Origin: Octopus sinensis
Taxonomy: Eukaryota
Assembly (NCBI RefSeq): GCF_006345805.1
Contig: NC_043005.1
Coordinates: 28,768,001-28,832,000 of the forward strand
Direction: 5' to 3'
DNA length: 64,000 nucleotides
Positions 52,697-64,000 of the stretch are shown here, piece after piece. Position 1 is the first letter of the stretch; the number at the start of each line of letters is the position of its first letter. The notes under the pieces were generated by a model. It had not been told where the DNA came from and ran no database searches. It worked only from the letters and a program-made list of their open reading frames with translations. The position numbers were made by a program, and so were the translations under genes.

Positions 52697-53964
52697 CAGG
52701 GGTTGAACAAAATAATGAAAACACCTTAAAATTTCAAGCAAATTTATTTTAATATAGGGTAGGACCACCTTTGATAGTAATTACAGCTTGAATTCTACAA
52801 GGTATGGACTCGTACAAAGTTTGAATTGTTTCCAAAGGAATTTTTGTCCATTCTTCAGTTAAAACAGTCTCCAGTTCTTGTAGTGATTATGGTGGACGTT
52901 ATCGACTCATTACTTGTTTTTCTAAAATGCACCATAAATATTCAATAATATTGAGATCTGGGGACTGTTGGGGCCAGATAAGATATTCAACTTCACTAGA
53001 ATGTTCCTCGTGCCATTCAGTGACAACTTTAGCTGTGTGAATTGGTGCATTATCATCCTGAAAGATTGCATTTCCCTCCGGAAACAGTTCCACAACTATA
53101 GGATGAATTTGATCAGATAAAATGCTTAGTCTTGACTATTAATTCTGCCATGAGGGGAAACCATTGGACCAGTGGATTTCCAAGATATAGCCCCCCAGAT
53201 CATCATAGATCCTCCTCCATGTTTAATAGTTAGAAGAAGGCAGTCTGAGTCAAATGCTTCTTTTGGCTGTCTCCACATGTATACTTGGCCGGTGGTCAGA
53301 AATAAGGTAAAGGCTGACTCATCCAAGAAAATAACATTCTTCCACTGCTTTAGGGCCCAATTCTGTAGGTTTTTGTTCCACTCCAAATGCTTTGCAATGT
53401 TTGTTTTTGAATGTAGTGGTTTTCTGATTGTAACCCTCCAATGAAATCCGGCTCTGTGCAGCTCCCTGCAAACAATTTTTTGTGGAAACTGGGTTCTCAA
53501 GGTAGTCATTAAGCTCTGCAGTAATTTTGGGAGCTCTACTTTTGTGATCCTTTCTAACAATTCGTATATGAGTCTGACAGTCCCTATCTGAAAGTTTTGG
53601 TTTTCTTCCAGAGTTTTGTTTCAACAAGGAAGTTTTTCCCTCTTTCTCAAAGGCTGTCATTACTTTCAAGACAGTACTTCTTGATACATAAAGCATTTCG
53701 GCTGTTTTCATTATGCTAGCACCTGCCATATGAGCATCAACAATGTGATCTCTTTGAAAGTCTGATAAATCTGTCATTTTAATGAATTTTAAGTACCTTT
53801 TTCTGATGATATCTGAAAAGAAACAGCAATTTTAGCAAAACATATTAAGCAACACTAATAATAAATCAAAAAACGAACATAAACAAGCTTTTGATGGTTT
53901 TATAGATATTTCAAAATTATGATGTGATGATGCTTGGTGTTTCCATTATTTTGTCCAATCCCTG
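52697..53964 (-). mobile_element. Tc1-like DNA transposon, second copy of the same family
   Basis: Same TIRs. Frameshifted pieces include VIFLDES, KHGGGSMMIWG, IFQDDNAPIH and WPQQSPDLNIIEYLW (ORFs 53319-53777, 53126-53560, 52899-53093). Confidence 0.94.
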
Positions 53965-54015
53965 TATATATATTAGAGTAATAAAGTTAATGTCTGGTCA
54001 TAAAGTGACCAATTT

Positions 54016-55480
54016 ATACCATTTATAGTGACACACAACCCATGTCACCAGAATATCTTCAACATTACCAAAGCAAACCTACTAATCATTGCTCAAAGTA
54101 ATGAATTAAAAGATATAATCAGAGATCGAGCTATGGTTCTTAGTAAAAGACAGCCTAAAAATTTTTTTTAATTATTAACAAAGGCAAAGTTTGACCTTAG
54201 CAACAAAGGCCAATCATTCACTGTATCTAAATGCAATGATAACCAATGTGGCACATGCCAATTCATGCATACCGGCCAATATATGAACACAAAAACTAGA
54301 AAAATATTCATAAACACAAATATGAATTGCAAAAGTAGAAAAATATTCATAAACACAAATATGAATTGCAAAAGTAGAAAATTAATTTCCTGCATCAAAT
54401 GCCCAAATTGTGAAGAACTATATGTGGGTCAGACTGAAAATGCACTATCAGAATGTTCTCGTGTGCACTGGCAGCAAATTAAAGACCCAGATGTCCTTCA
54501 GATACCTTTGAGTAACTATCTAGCATCATGTGGTCGGAAAATCATCATAGTCGTTGTCATTTAATGTCTGCTTTCCATGCTGGCATGGGTTGGACGGCTT
54601 GACTGAAGACTGGTGAGCCAGAAGGCTGCACCAGCCTTCTGGTTTGATCTGGCAAAGTTTCTACAGCTGGATACCCTTCCTAACGCCAACCACTCCGAGA
54701 GTGTAGTGGGTGCTTCTTACGTGCCGTTCCACAAACTACCCAGAAAAATCAGAGAAAAGAACTTTATTAATAAATTTCAACTCAAGCTAAATAAACAATA
54801 ATACTAATACTTAGAGGTACTATTTCTACTACTACGATTACCATCAACAACATCAACAACAATACTGAAGGTTCTCATGATGATGATAGGAAAATAGTGG
54901 CTAAGTCAAGAAAAAAGTCAGTAAAAATAATCTTATTTAGGGTGTAAAGTTCTATGTCCACAGCTATTCCTACCACCACCACCAATGACAACAATAATAA
55001 AGGTGATGATAATGGTGATGATGATAATTGAAATGTAAAAATCCAAGGAAAATGTTTACAACATTTCTAAATATAGCCAAACAATTACTGCATTGGCCAG
55101 GGTCAAAATACATATCTCTTGATATATTCAACAAATCGTGACGCCTAATTCCAAAACCAATCAACTTAAGTAAAATTTAGTAAAGCAACACACTGATTGG
55201 TCAGAATACAGTTTGCAAAAATTAACATTCTGGAGCCTATATAAATGTATTTAAGGCACACAGTTTAGCCATCTCACTACAGTTGTAAATTGTAAAACAT
55301 AACAGTCATCACTACTACATGAATCTGAAGATTGCATAGTTTAATGCATGAAAGTACTAGCTCAATCAGAATGGACATTTAATATTCTATCATTTCATTA
55401 TATTATATTATATTATATTATATTATTTTAAGATTGTAAATAAAACAGGAAAATCAAAGTTGGAATTTCTTTGAGTAATA
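54016..55480 (+). mobile_element. Penelope-like element remnant, second copy, interrupted by an RTE tail and simple sequence
   Basis: ORF 54265-54564 encodes the same GIY-YIG with an in-frame 39-bp tandem duplication (RKIFINTNMNCKS x2). An RTE-type tail is inserted at ~54540-54727. The terminus 55140-55480 is homologous to 23058-23390. Confidence 0.85.
55320..55364 (+). ncRNA. Candidate minimal hammerhead in the Penelope-like 3' terminus
   Basis: tgaat CTGAAGA t tgcat agttta atgca t GAAAGTACT A gctca. Canonical core, palindromic AGTACT stem III, CUA triplet. Stem I is imperfect. Confidence 0.5.
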
Positions 55481-55515
55481 CATTCTTCTATACACAATCA
55501 TACACACCCATGTTT

Positions 55516-55544
<29 letters not shown>

Positions 55545-55547
<3 letters not shown>

Positions 55548-56930
55548 ATCATCATCATCATCATCATCATCATTTAACGTCCGTTTTCTATGCTGGCATG
55601 GGCTGGACAGTTTGACTGAGGTCTGGAAAGCCAGTGGCTGCACCAGGCTCAGATCTGATCTAGCAATGCTTCTACAACTGGATACCCTTCCTAACGCCAA
55701 CCACTCCAAGAGTGTAGTGGGTGCTTTTTACATGCCACCAGCACAGGAGCCAGTCAGGTGGCCCTGGCATCAATCACATTCAGATAGTGCTTTTTACATG
55801 CCATGGGCATGGGAGACAGTCAGGGGCAATGGCATTGACCACGTTCAGATGGTGCTTTTTACATGTCACCGGCACAGGAGCCAATCAGGTGGACCTGGCA
55901 TCAACCAGCACGAGAGCCAGTCAGTGGTGCTAGCATCAACCATGTTTGGTTAGTACATTTTATGTGCCACCAGCACAGGAGCCCATCAAAGGACACTGAC
56001 CACAGCTATGATTTTGGTTTCACTTGACTCAACAGGTCTTCTCAAGCATATCATATCGCCCGACACATCAGAGGTGCTCTTAAATAGGCCAGACATGCAA
56101 CACTGGCATCGGCCATAGCTACAATCTCACTTTAGTTGCCTGGTCTTCTCAATCATTGCATATCTCCAAAATCGTGCTTCACCACCTCATCTTGTATCTT
56201 CTTGTGTCTACCTCTTCCACGGGTTCCTTCCACAGTTAGGGTGTGGCACTTCTTCACACAGCTGTCCTCATCTATATGTAACACATGACCATACCAGCAT
56301 AGTCATCTCTCTTGCACATCACATTTGATGCTTCTTATGTCCAACTTTTCTCTCAGGGTGCTCACGCTCTGTCATATATGCACTGACATTACACATCCAG
56401 CGGATCACACTAGCTTCATTTCTTTCAAGCCTACGCACGTCTCAGCAGTCATGGTCCATGTTTCACTGCTGTGTAGTATGGCAGTTAGCACACATGCATC
56501 ATACATTCTACCTTTCATCCTGAGTGAGAAGCCCTTAGTTACCAGCAGAGGTAGGAGCTCTCTGAACTTTGCCCAGGCTATTCTTATTCTAGCCACTACA
56601 CTCTCAGATCATCTACCCCAACTACAGACTTGGTCACCTAGGAAGTGGAAGCTATCAACTACTTCTAGTTCCTCCCCATGTCATGTGATGGAATCTGTTT
56701 TCTGTACATCTTCAGTGTTTATTGCCCATGTGCATCGGCCACACACAAAAACTATCTTCCTGGTTAACCTTCCTTTGATATTGCTGCACCTTTTATGTGT
56801 CCATAGCTTACACTGGGTACATTGTATGGAGTTTCTACCCATGCCTTTTCTACAGATTGAGCAGGGCCATCTACCTGAAGGGATTTGTGATTTGTCAGCC
56901 TTCCTACTTACTAAGACTTTGGGTTTTACT
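55545..56930 (-). mobile_element. 5'-truncated RTE-clade LINE (RT C-terminus + 3' UTR ending in (GAT)n)
   Basis: GRWPCSICRKGMGRNSIQCTQCKLWTHKRC and ARIRIAWAKFRELLPLLVTKGFSLRMKGRMYDACVLTAILHSSETW. The 3' UTR equals the dispersed repeat ...ggaaagcggacgttaaatgatgatg, seen in more than 10 short copies (e.g. 5500, 8550, 11600, 19610, 33300, 43180, 49160, 61080, 62520). Confidence 0.85.
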
Positions 56931-57025
56931 TCCATGTTTCCTGAAATTTGCCAACAATACCCCTGAAGGCCTTTTTTTTTTGTAGTTGTAGTGCATCTGA
57001 ACACTGTATACAACAATTTCTTTCA

Positions 57026-57094
<69 letters not shown>

Positions 57095-57095
<1 letters not shown>

Positions 57096-57727
57096 AAGCA
57101 ATGATCTGCATTGGACAAACCACATCTCTAAGACTGTCAAGAAGGCTGTCCTAGCATCACTCAGTAAGTCCTTTGTCAGCCGCTCTCCACCTATCTATTT
57201 AAAATTGTATATGACAATGGTACGTCCACACTTGGAAATTGCATCACCAGTCTGGAACCCCAATCTTGCTCAGCATATAAATCTCCTGGAAACTGTTCAG
57301 AAACATGCAACAAAAAGAATACCCACCATTAGACATCTTACCATACTCTGAAAGTCTTGCTTCCCTGGGCATGGATACATTGAAGCTCAGACGTCAGGCA
57401 ACTGACTTGGTTGACACCCACAAGATTATCCATCATCTTTCCAACAACAACCTTGGGAACCTTTTTGAATTCCATATGACAAACACTTGCGGACATGTTT
57501 ACAAAGTCAAAAAACAACACAGCACCCATGACTTTCAGAAACACTTTTTCACTCTCAGAATTGCTGAAGCATGGAATAAATTACCCGCATCAGTTGTTAA
57601 CTATCAAGACACTGTCTTCTTCAAAACTTCTATGTTTCCTTAAAATCTGCCAACAATATCCCTGAAGGCCTTTTTTTTTTTGTAGTTGTACTGCACCTGA
57701 GCACTGTATACAACAATTTCCTTCATC
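57095..57727 (+). mobile_element. CR1-clade LINE 3' fragment, preceded by an extra ~100-bp copy of its tail (56928-57028)
   Basis: ORF 57305-57643 encodes PYSESLASLGMDTLKLRRQATDLVDTHKII...HFFTLRIAEAWNKLPASVV, a typical CR1 RT C-terminus. The tail atgtttcct..ccctgaaggcc(t)n gtagttgta..gtatacaacaatttc occurs twice. Confidence 0.85.
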
Positions 57728-58609
57728 ATATATATATATCCATGCTAGCATGGAAAGCAGACGTTAAACAGTGATGATGATTATGATGATATATATATAC
57801 ATACATACATACATGCATACATACATACACACACACATACATACATATATGTGTGCGTGTGTGTATTGACTTTCTGTACAACATTTTATGGTTGTTAGTC
57901 AGTGTAATATCACACCCTCCACTTCTGTTCCCACTCAGTGGTACCCTACACAGTGTTCAATATGTGGTGCCAGACTTTCTCTTTTTTCTACCTAGTTCTC
58001 TATCCTTCTCCTCTCACCTCTTGTGCTCAAAACCTTTCCCATCTATTTCTATCTGCTGCCTTTATTTTTTTACTGCTTTCCATTTCTTCCTCTGTCCATC
58101 TCTGTCAACTACCTACTGTCTATCTTTATTCCCTTTTTTCTCTGCACTCCCTCTTTCTTCGTACTTGCTCTTCCCCAACCTTCTCTACTCTGTCTCTCTT
58201 TTTTTGCTTTTTGGTACCAAAAGATCACCCAACTTTTTATCACTTATCTTTTTTCTACTTGACCAGTGCATAGGTAAGACATGCATTTTGTTTCATCTCC
58301 TGTCTGGCACTCACTTCAAACCCCCAGTTTACCTTTTCACTTTTCATTCCTTCTGTCTTTCTTCCCTTCTTTCCCATCTTTCTATCCTTTTCCTGCGCTT
58401 TCTCATTGTACCTTTAGAACACAAGCATCACTATTTTCTTCCTTTTTTTGTTAGTTTTCGTCATGTAGTGTCCCACATTTTGAAATGCAATTTGTATTTT
58501 TACTGTTTATTTTAGCTCTGCTTGATACATTTCCAAAATTAAATATATTAAGATGCAAAATATACTTCACATTATTACATATTCTATACTTTAATGCAAG
58601 AACTATTGT

Positions 58610-59058
58610 GCTTATTGACTATCTTCATAATGATCACACCATCAATGGAAAGTTCAATGCCAAACACCCAGAAAAACTGATGAATGTGGTTTTGTTTCGT
58701 TAGGACAATGCTTCAGTACACAAGTCTTTGCTTTCAATGGCTGCTGTGCATGACTGACTTTGAACTGGATGATCACCCTTCATATGTTAGTGATTTGGTT
58801 CCATCTGGTTATCATTTGTTTTGCAAGATAGAAAAACACTCAGCTGAACACCAGTATCACTGTGATGAGGACGCTTTATCTGTTGTTGATGATCATTTTG
58901 ACCAACAGAATAGCTTCTTCACCAATGCGATTCAAGCACTACAACTACTTATGGAGGCGTATGGACAGTAAGAGGAACTACTTTAAGAAATAATCTTTAT
59001 TTGGTCACATTCCATGAGAGTGTCTTGCTCAGCCTATGAACATTTCAGCCGGCCCTCA
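58610..59058 (+). mobile_element. Mariner transposase 3' fragment with right end
   Basis: Degenerate IDYL..TING, DNASVHKSL, DHPSYVSDLVPSGYHLF (PPYSPDLAPSDYHLF-like). Ends gcctatgaacatttcagccggccctca-TA. Confidence 0.8.
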
Positions 59059-59715
59059 TAATAATAAACATTATTATTATACCTGCATTTGTTTTAATGT
59101 TTACATATCTGTACATACAGTATCGGTAGTCTGCACTGTGAAATGACCTGAATTCGGTTAGGATTAGGGTTAGAATTTAGAGTAAGGGTTAAAGTTTAGA
59201 ATTATAGTTAGGGTTTAAAGTGCTGGTTAAGGTTTAGGGTTTGAGCTAGGGTTAGACGGCACACTAGGTAGACCAGATGCTAAAGTGACACCAAAAAGTT
59301 TTATCTCCTTCGTGTCCACTACCTACATACTTCAATATATGTACATATCCACACATCTCTCCTTCTATCACGCTCCCTCCACTTTATCTTTACCCTCTCT
59401 TCGTTCCACATTTACATAGATTAAAAAAAATAGTGGTCGGCATTTACACTCGAGTGCTGACGTGCAGGACAATTATAGACCAATCCAAGGGAGACAACTC
59501 TAACGGGCTAGCTTTTTTGCTTCTTTCTTTTTATGCCTTTCCATCAGAGCTTTTTTATTTGTCTTTTTACGTCACCTCTGAGATTTGTTGACAGAATGGT
59601 GTTTTGAGACATCCGGTAAAAACAATCCCAAGCTATACTCTTCCATTCAACCTGAGGTTTTTTAATGCAAAAACATTTGGGAATATGAAATTGATGTTAT
59701 GATACTAAATTTATA

Positions 59716-60130
59716 GGATCTTTTCGGTTTGAACAGCAGTTTTTTTTTAATAATTTCCACGTAACTAAACACTTTTAAACTTCGTATACTGGTAGAATGT
59801 GTTTATAAAATATCTTTTTCTCTTGGCTTTATTGAGAAAATTCTATAGTTTGTAAGATATTTGTTGTTTTTTTTTTCTTCAATTTCTGCAATTTCAACCA
59901 ATCAATGATGTCTATTGAGGTGAAAACATTCTGTGCCGTATGAAAATGTCCCTCGTTTAAGAAACAGATTGGGTTTATTTACATTTCTGAAGAAAAAAAA
60001 TATACCCTTCCCCCTAACCCTAACCCTAAAATAGATTGAAATGCAATAGATCGATACTAGGGTCATAATTATGGGTGACAATTTCATATGACACCGCTAG
60101 AAAAAACTGCCGTTCAAACCGAAAAGATCC
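59716..60130. mobile_element. MITE with 30-bp TIRs and 8-bp TSD (GG termini, Merlin-like)
   Basis: TIR ggatcttttcggtttgaac(a/g)gcagtttttt at both ends. TSD aatttata at 59708-59715 and 60131-60138. Internal ccctaaccctaaccctaa. Confidence 0.85.
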
Positions 60131-60199
60131 AATTTATAAAACTATACAAATAAGTATACATAATAAGAAAAAATAATATATATAAGTAATGTGTGTGTG

Positions 60200-60440
60200 T
60201 GTGAAGTCACAACAGAGAGGTAAGTGTCGTGAGATTACATCAAGACTACAGTGAGTTATTTTGAGGAGACTGAGGCAACTGCAGGAGATGAGAAAAGCTA
60301 AAGAAGGAAAGAGTCATCATCATGACCTCAATCTGACCAAAAGCCTACATATTTGCCCCAAGTGTGCCACAGCCTGTTGCTCAAAGATCCAATATACATG
60401 GCCACCTAAGGATTTGTCATTTTCCTTCATCGTCTTTAGA
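60200..60440 (+). mobile_element. RTE LINE 3' end with decayed C-terminal zinc finger
   Basis: HICPKCATACCSKIQYTW resembles the terminal CxxC...H finger of RTE ORF2. Confidence 0.5.
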
Positions 60441-60554
60441 TCAACCACCATCATAATATATATGCAGGCTGCCATGGGTAAATTGTCGGCATTTTATATT
60501 TTTAATTTCGCACATGTGCATTATTTGTCTTTGATTTTGTCAACTACACAGTAT

Positions 60555-60900
60555 AGTAGGGTCAGTTGGGTACCATATGTGAGAATAACAGCACCGTGAT
60601 GCAATTCACTCTGCCAGAAATTTGGAAACAACATGTTGTGCTGCTTGGCATTCACTCCAAAAGCTCCAGTACAAACATTTCAGAGTGTTTGGGTGTCAAT
60701 CTGAGGACAGTGCATGCACTGAGAATGATAAAAATCAAACATCCAATCAACATCATGGTGTTTGAAGAGATCACTAGTGATGACGACATTATGCCTCCAT
60801 TCATCTTCCCACACTACCTCAGAATCAACATGGAGGCCTACATCAAGGCCTGGAGAAGATAGTGCTGCCCTGGGTCAAGAGGCTGTAAATCGACTACGTG
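60555..60900 (+). mobile_element. Internally deleted Tc1/mariner (maT/DD37D-like) fragment
   Basis: ORF 60566-60862 encodes KHPINIMVFEEITSDDDIMPPFIFPHYLRINMEAYIK, similar to the VMVFGVITSDGDVMPPFIF region of maT-type transposases. Confidence 0.65.
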
Positions 60901-60929
60901 CATTTCGTGACAATATAAAGAAAAAAAAA

Positions 60930-61073
60930 GGCGGTGAGCTGGCTGAAATGTTAGCCTGCCAGGCGAAATGCTTTGTGGTATTTTGTCTGCTGTTATGTTC
61001 TGAGTTCAAATTCCACTGAGGTTGACTTTGCCTTTCATCCTTTCAGGGTCGATAAATTAAGTACCAGTTACAT
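60930..61073 (+). mobile_element. Short tRNA-derived SINE, second family
   Basis: ggcggtgagctggc...gagttcaaattcc (box B)...gtcgataaattaagtaccag. Decayed minus-strand copies at ~7780-7886, three in tandem at 10880-11460, and at 30010-30120 and 45400-45680. Confidence 0.75.
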
Positions 61074-62324
61074 ACTCATCATCATCATTGCTTAATGTCC
61101 ACTTACTATGCTGGCATGGTTGGACAGTTTGACAGGAGCTAGTTAGGCAGAAGACTGAGCCAGGCTTCAGTGACTGTTTTGGCATAGTTTTTTACGGCTG
61201 AATGCCATTCCTAACACCAGCCTCCCTGTTGCGTGGACTAAAAACTCAATCACTGGGTTTTTTTTTATGTGGCACCAAAAATGTAGCACCATTCACCCAC
61301 ACAAATAAAGTCTGCATTGTGTCTATGCAAAAGAAACCATACTCAGAAGTACAATTGTAGGAATAATCCCACTGCTATTCCCCAAATTTTGTTATGATTT
61401 GTTTCTGTTATGTTGTGGCTATACACGTCTGGTGTAAAATGGTATTACACAATTAGTTGGTTGTGGTTACCTAAAAATAACCTATCGCAGAAATGTATGT
61501 TAACACCGAATGCATTCCATGCTACTCAACCCTAGGTAAGATATTCAGCACTCACTGTTCAACTACCGACTGTTAAACCAACACAGTCAAACTAACGCCT
61601 TCAACTACCCCCATTGACAGTTTACTCAGTTCTTATAATTGTAACTGGTTAGTCCACTTTCAGTCATGTGAGGGTGTTCAGGATTATCCCATAACAGTTT
61701 CCTTCTCTAAGCTATACATTAGATATTACAGGGATAACTTGGTAGCAGGGAGCATGATTTTGCATGGTTATAGACGTCCATGCAGTAAACAGCAGACAGA
61801 CATACTCTTCAGCCTCCTACCCTTGACCCAGCAAAACAACTAGGATGTGACAGGTGTGAGGGAAGAACTCTGCACCATCATTTGAGGGTTTTTTATTTAT
61901 CTGCCCCCAAAAAAGGTGAAAGGTCAAGCTGACTTCCATGGGATTTGAACTTAACCCATTAGCATTCAAAATTATTCTGTTAAATGTAATACATATTCAT
62001 TCTCATTGCTTTGAAATGATGTTGCATTATCTTGTAACTTCAAGATTTTGATGATGTGATTGTTTATTTTTAGAATGACATTGTAGGTAGGTGTGAGAGG
62101 CTGGATCTGGCCAGTTTGAACATAAAATAAGTAGAATATTTGGGTCAGATACAGCCCCAGTTTAAATGCTACAAGGGAAGCTGAAGAAACAAAACAGTAC
62201 ATTTTATATATATATATATATATATATACATACATATATGTGTGTGTATATATAATCTCACTTGGAAATGGATGCATGGTGTTCAATTAAATAATAATAT
62301 AAATAATATATATATATGTATATA

Positions 62325-62360
<36 letters not shown>

Positions 62361-63187
62361 CATACATGCATATATGGGTACAGGATGTAACCAACAGTAA
62401 ACAGCATGAAGTACAAAGGCAAATGAGTTCAATATGCAAACAACAAGAGAAACAAATGGAAAACAGGACAAGTAACTTAAAGAACGACCCTTCATCAGTC
62501 GTAAGCTGTCTAACATTTACCATCCCTTTTCTATGCTGGCATGCATTTGACAGTTTGCAAGAACCTCGAAAGCTGCAGGGCTGCACCAAGCTCCAGTGTC
62601 AGCTTTGATATGGTTTCTATAGCTGGATGTCTTTCCTAATGACCACCACTTTGCAGTGTATGTATATATGTATATGCTGCAGTTTGAGGCATCAACTGTT
62701 TACTCATGTCTTCAGTAGCCCACCCATCTACCAGCTCCTTTAAATAATCAGTCATTTATTTCATCTTTTGGGAGATTAATCTATATGCAATATAAACATG
62801 TACTAATCTTGCTAGTACTTTGGTAATCCATTTGTATATTGAGCATTTCATGACAAGCTGCCAGTCCCACATTGCAAAAAGTCAGTTTACCTTAAACAAG
62901 TCAGTCATCTCACCAGTGTCTTAGATGGATGGTCATGAATCCAGAACAGCCTTTAATTATTCTAATATCCCATTAACAATGAATCTCAAATATTTTAACA
63001 GATTTGGCATCACTTACCTGAGTAATACAGGTGTGGCTATCTCACCTGTTGTAAGACTTGCTAATTAAAGATAGTTTTAGACATAATTTTAACAACTTTC
63101 CTAAAATATCTTTACTTTCTTATCTCATCAGGCTAAAACATCAAAACAGTCACATAAATAAGAGATTAGTAGCAGGCATTAAGTTAC

Positions 63188-63260
63188 CTTAACAGTTCCA
63201 TCATCATCTCCAGAAGCCAGAAAATGGTCACCCAACAGAAGTAAGCTGTAAATTGCTGAC
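63188..63260 (-). CDS. WDR55: Isolated internal exon of a WD40-repeat protein, resembling WDR55
   Basis: ttcatttccag|G TCA...AAG|gtaact; 73 nt, phase 2/0. Encodes SAIYSLLLLGDHFLASGDDDGTVK, a clear WD40 blade end. It resembles the WDR55 segment APINSLLLVDENVLATGDD (recalled). No other exons were found. Confidence 0.6.
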
Positions 63261-64000
63261 CTGGAAATGAATAAAAAGTTGCTCTTTTTAGAAACATTAT
63301 ATTAATTAAAAGATCGTCAAAGGAAAGTATTGTGAGTTAGAGATGGAGTACAGGCAAGTCTGGTTGGAGTGTGTTTGTTTTCAATCCTAACCACAAGTGA
63401 TCAACTTGTGTCTTAATTAAAAAGTACTATCATAATTTCTTGAATGTAATTTTTGCAAAGAAATAGAATTACATATCAAATATGAATTTAGCATTAAAAA
63501 AAGACACATTTTGGTTGAATTAACACCATAATTTCCAGCATACAATATAAACATTCAAACATCATCATTATCTTTGCAAATCCTGCTGCTTTTCACATGG
63601 AATCTTCAGTCCTCTAAAGTTACCTTGGTTTATGAATCAACCTACATTTTTTGGCAGTAAATTTTAGTTTGAAAATTCTGACTTGTATGAAGGAAAATAT
63701 GGTAATTATTATATTCTATCCAGCATATTTTAAAAAACCTATTCATGCACTGCATGAGAATACATATACAACAGGATTCCACAGAGTTTCCATCTACCAA
63801 TTGTACTTACAAGGCTTTGGTTAGTCTCTGGTCATAGTAAAAGACACTTGCTGAAGGTGCCACACAATAAGGCCAAACCCAAAAACCATGGTAGGAAAGC
63901 GAGTTCATGCATTGCTCCTGTATTGTTGAGCCCCTTTTAAACAAAGTGAAACAATTAAATTATGAACCCTATAGACCAGTCATGGGAAAAACTGTTATCT

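Noticed and set aside
56325-56966. 213-aa plus-strand ORF
   Set aside because: Antisense shadow of the RTE RT fragment on the minus strand.
63018-63062. Segment preceding a strong minus-strand donor (cag|gtaagtg), a possible next WD40 exon
   Set aside because: The phase-0 frame has a stop and no frame gives WD40-like sequence.

Overview
AT-rich, microsatellite-dense animal DNA. Its SINE/LINE families look like those of Octopus; this is a recognition from memory, not a database result. The main host gene is a six-exon, minus-strand FKBP11-type peptidyl-prolyl isomerase. Its CDS exons are 46680-46516, 20455-20393, 19216-19123, 15577-15544, 10286-10216 and 4419-4211: 636 nt, 211 aa, all GT-AG, phases consistent, 26-kb first intron. 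One minus-strand WD40 exon resembling WDR55 lies at 63260-63188; I could not find its downstream exons. The rest is mostly decayed mobile DNA: two Tc1 elements, a mariner carrying a nested Helitron, other mariner fragments, hAT-, piggyBac- and Merlin-like MITEs, RTE, CR1 and Tx1/L1 LINE remnants, three GIY-YIG Penelope-like remnants and many tRNA-derived SINEs. There is a 100-N gap at 41843-41942. The most striking unannotated signal is a set of minimal hammerhead-ribozyme motifs. Four lie in a tRNA-headed SINE inserted twice as head-to-head palindromes (9.5-10.0 kb and 11.9-12.3 kb); others lie in Penelope-type termini. Most ORF-track entries are spurious (microsatellite or TE derived).
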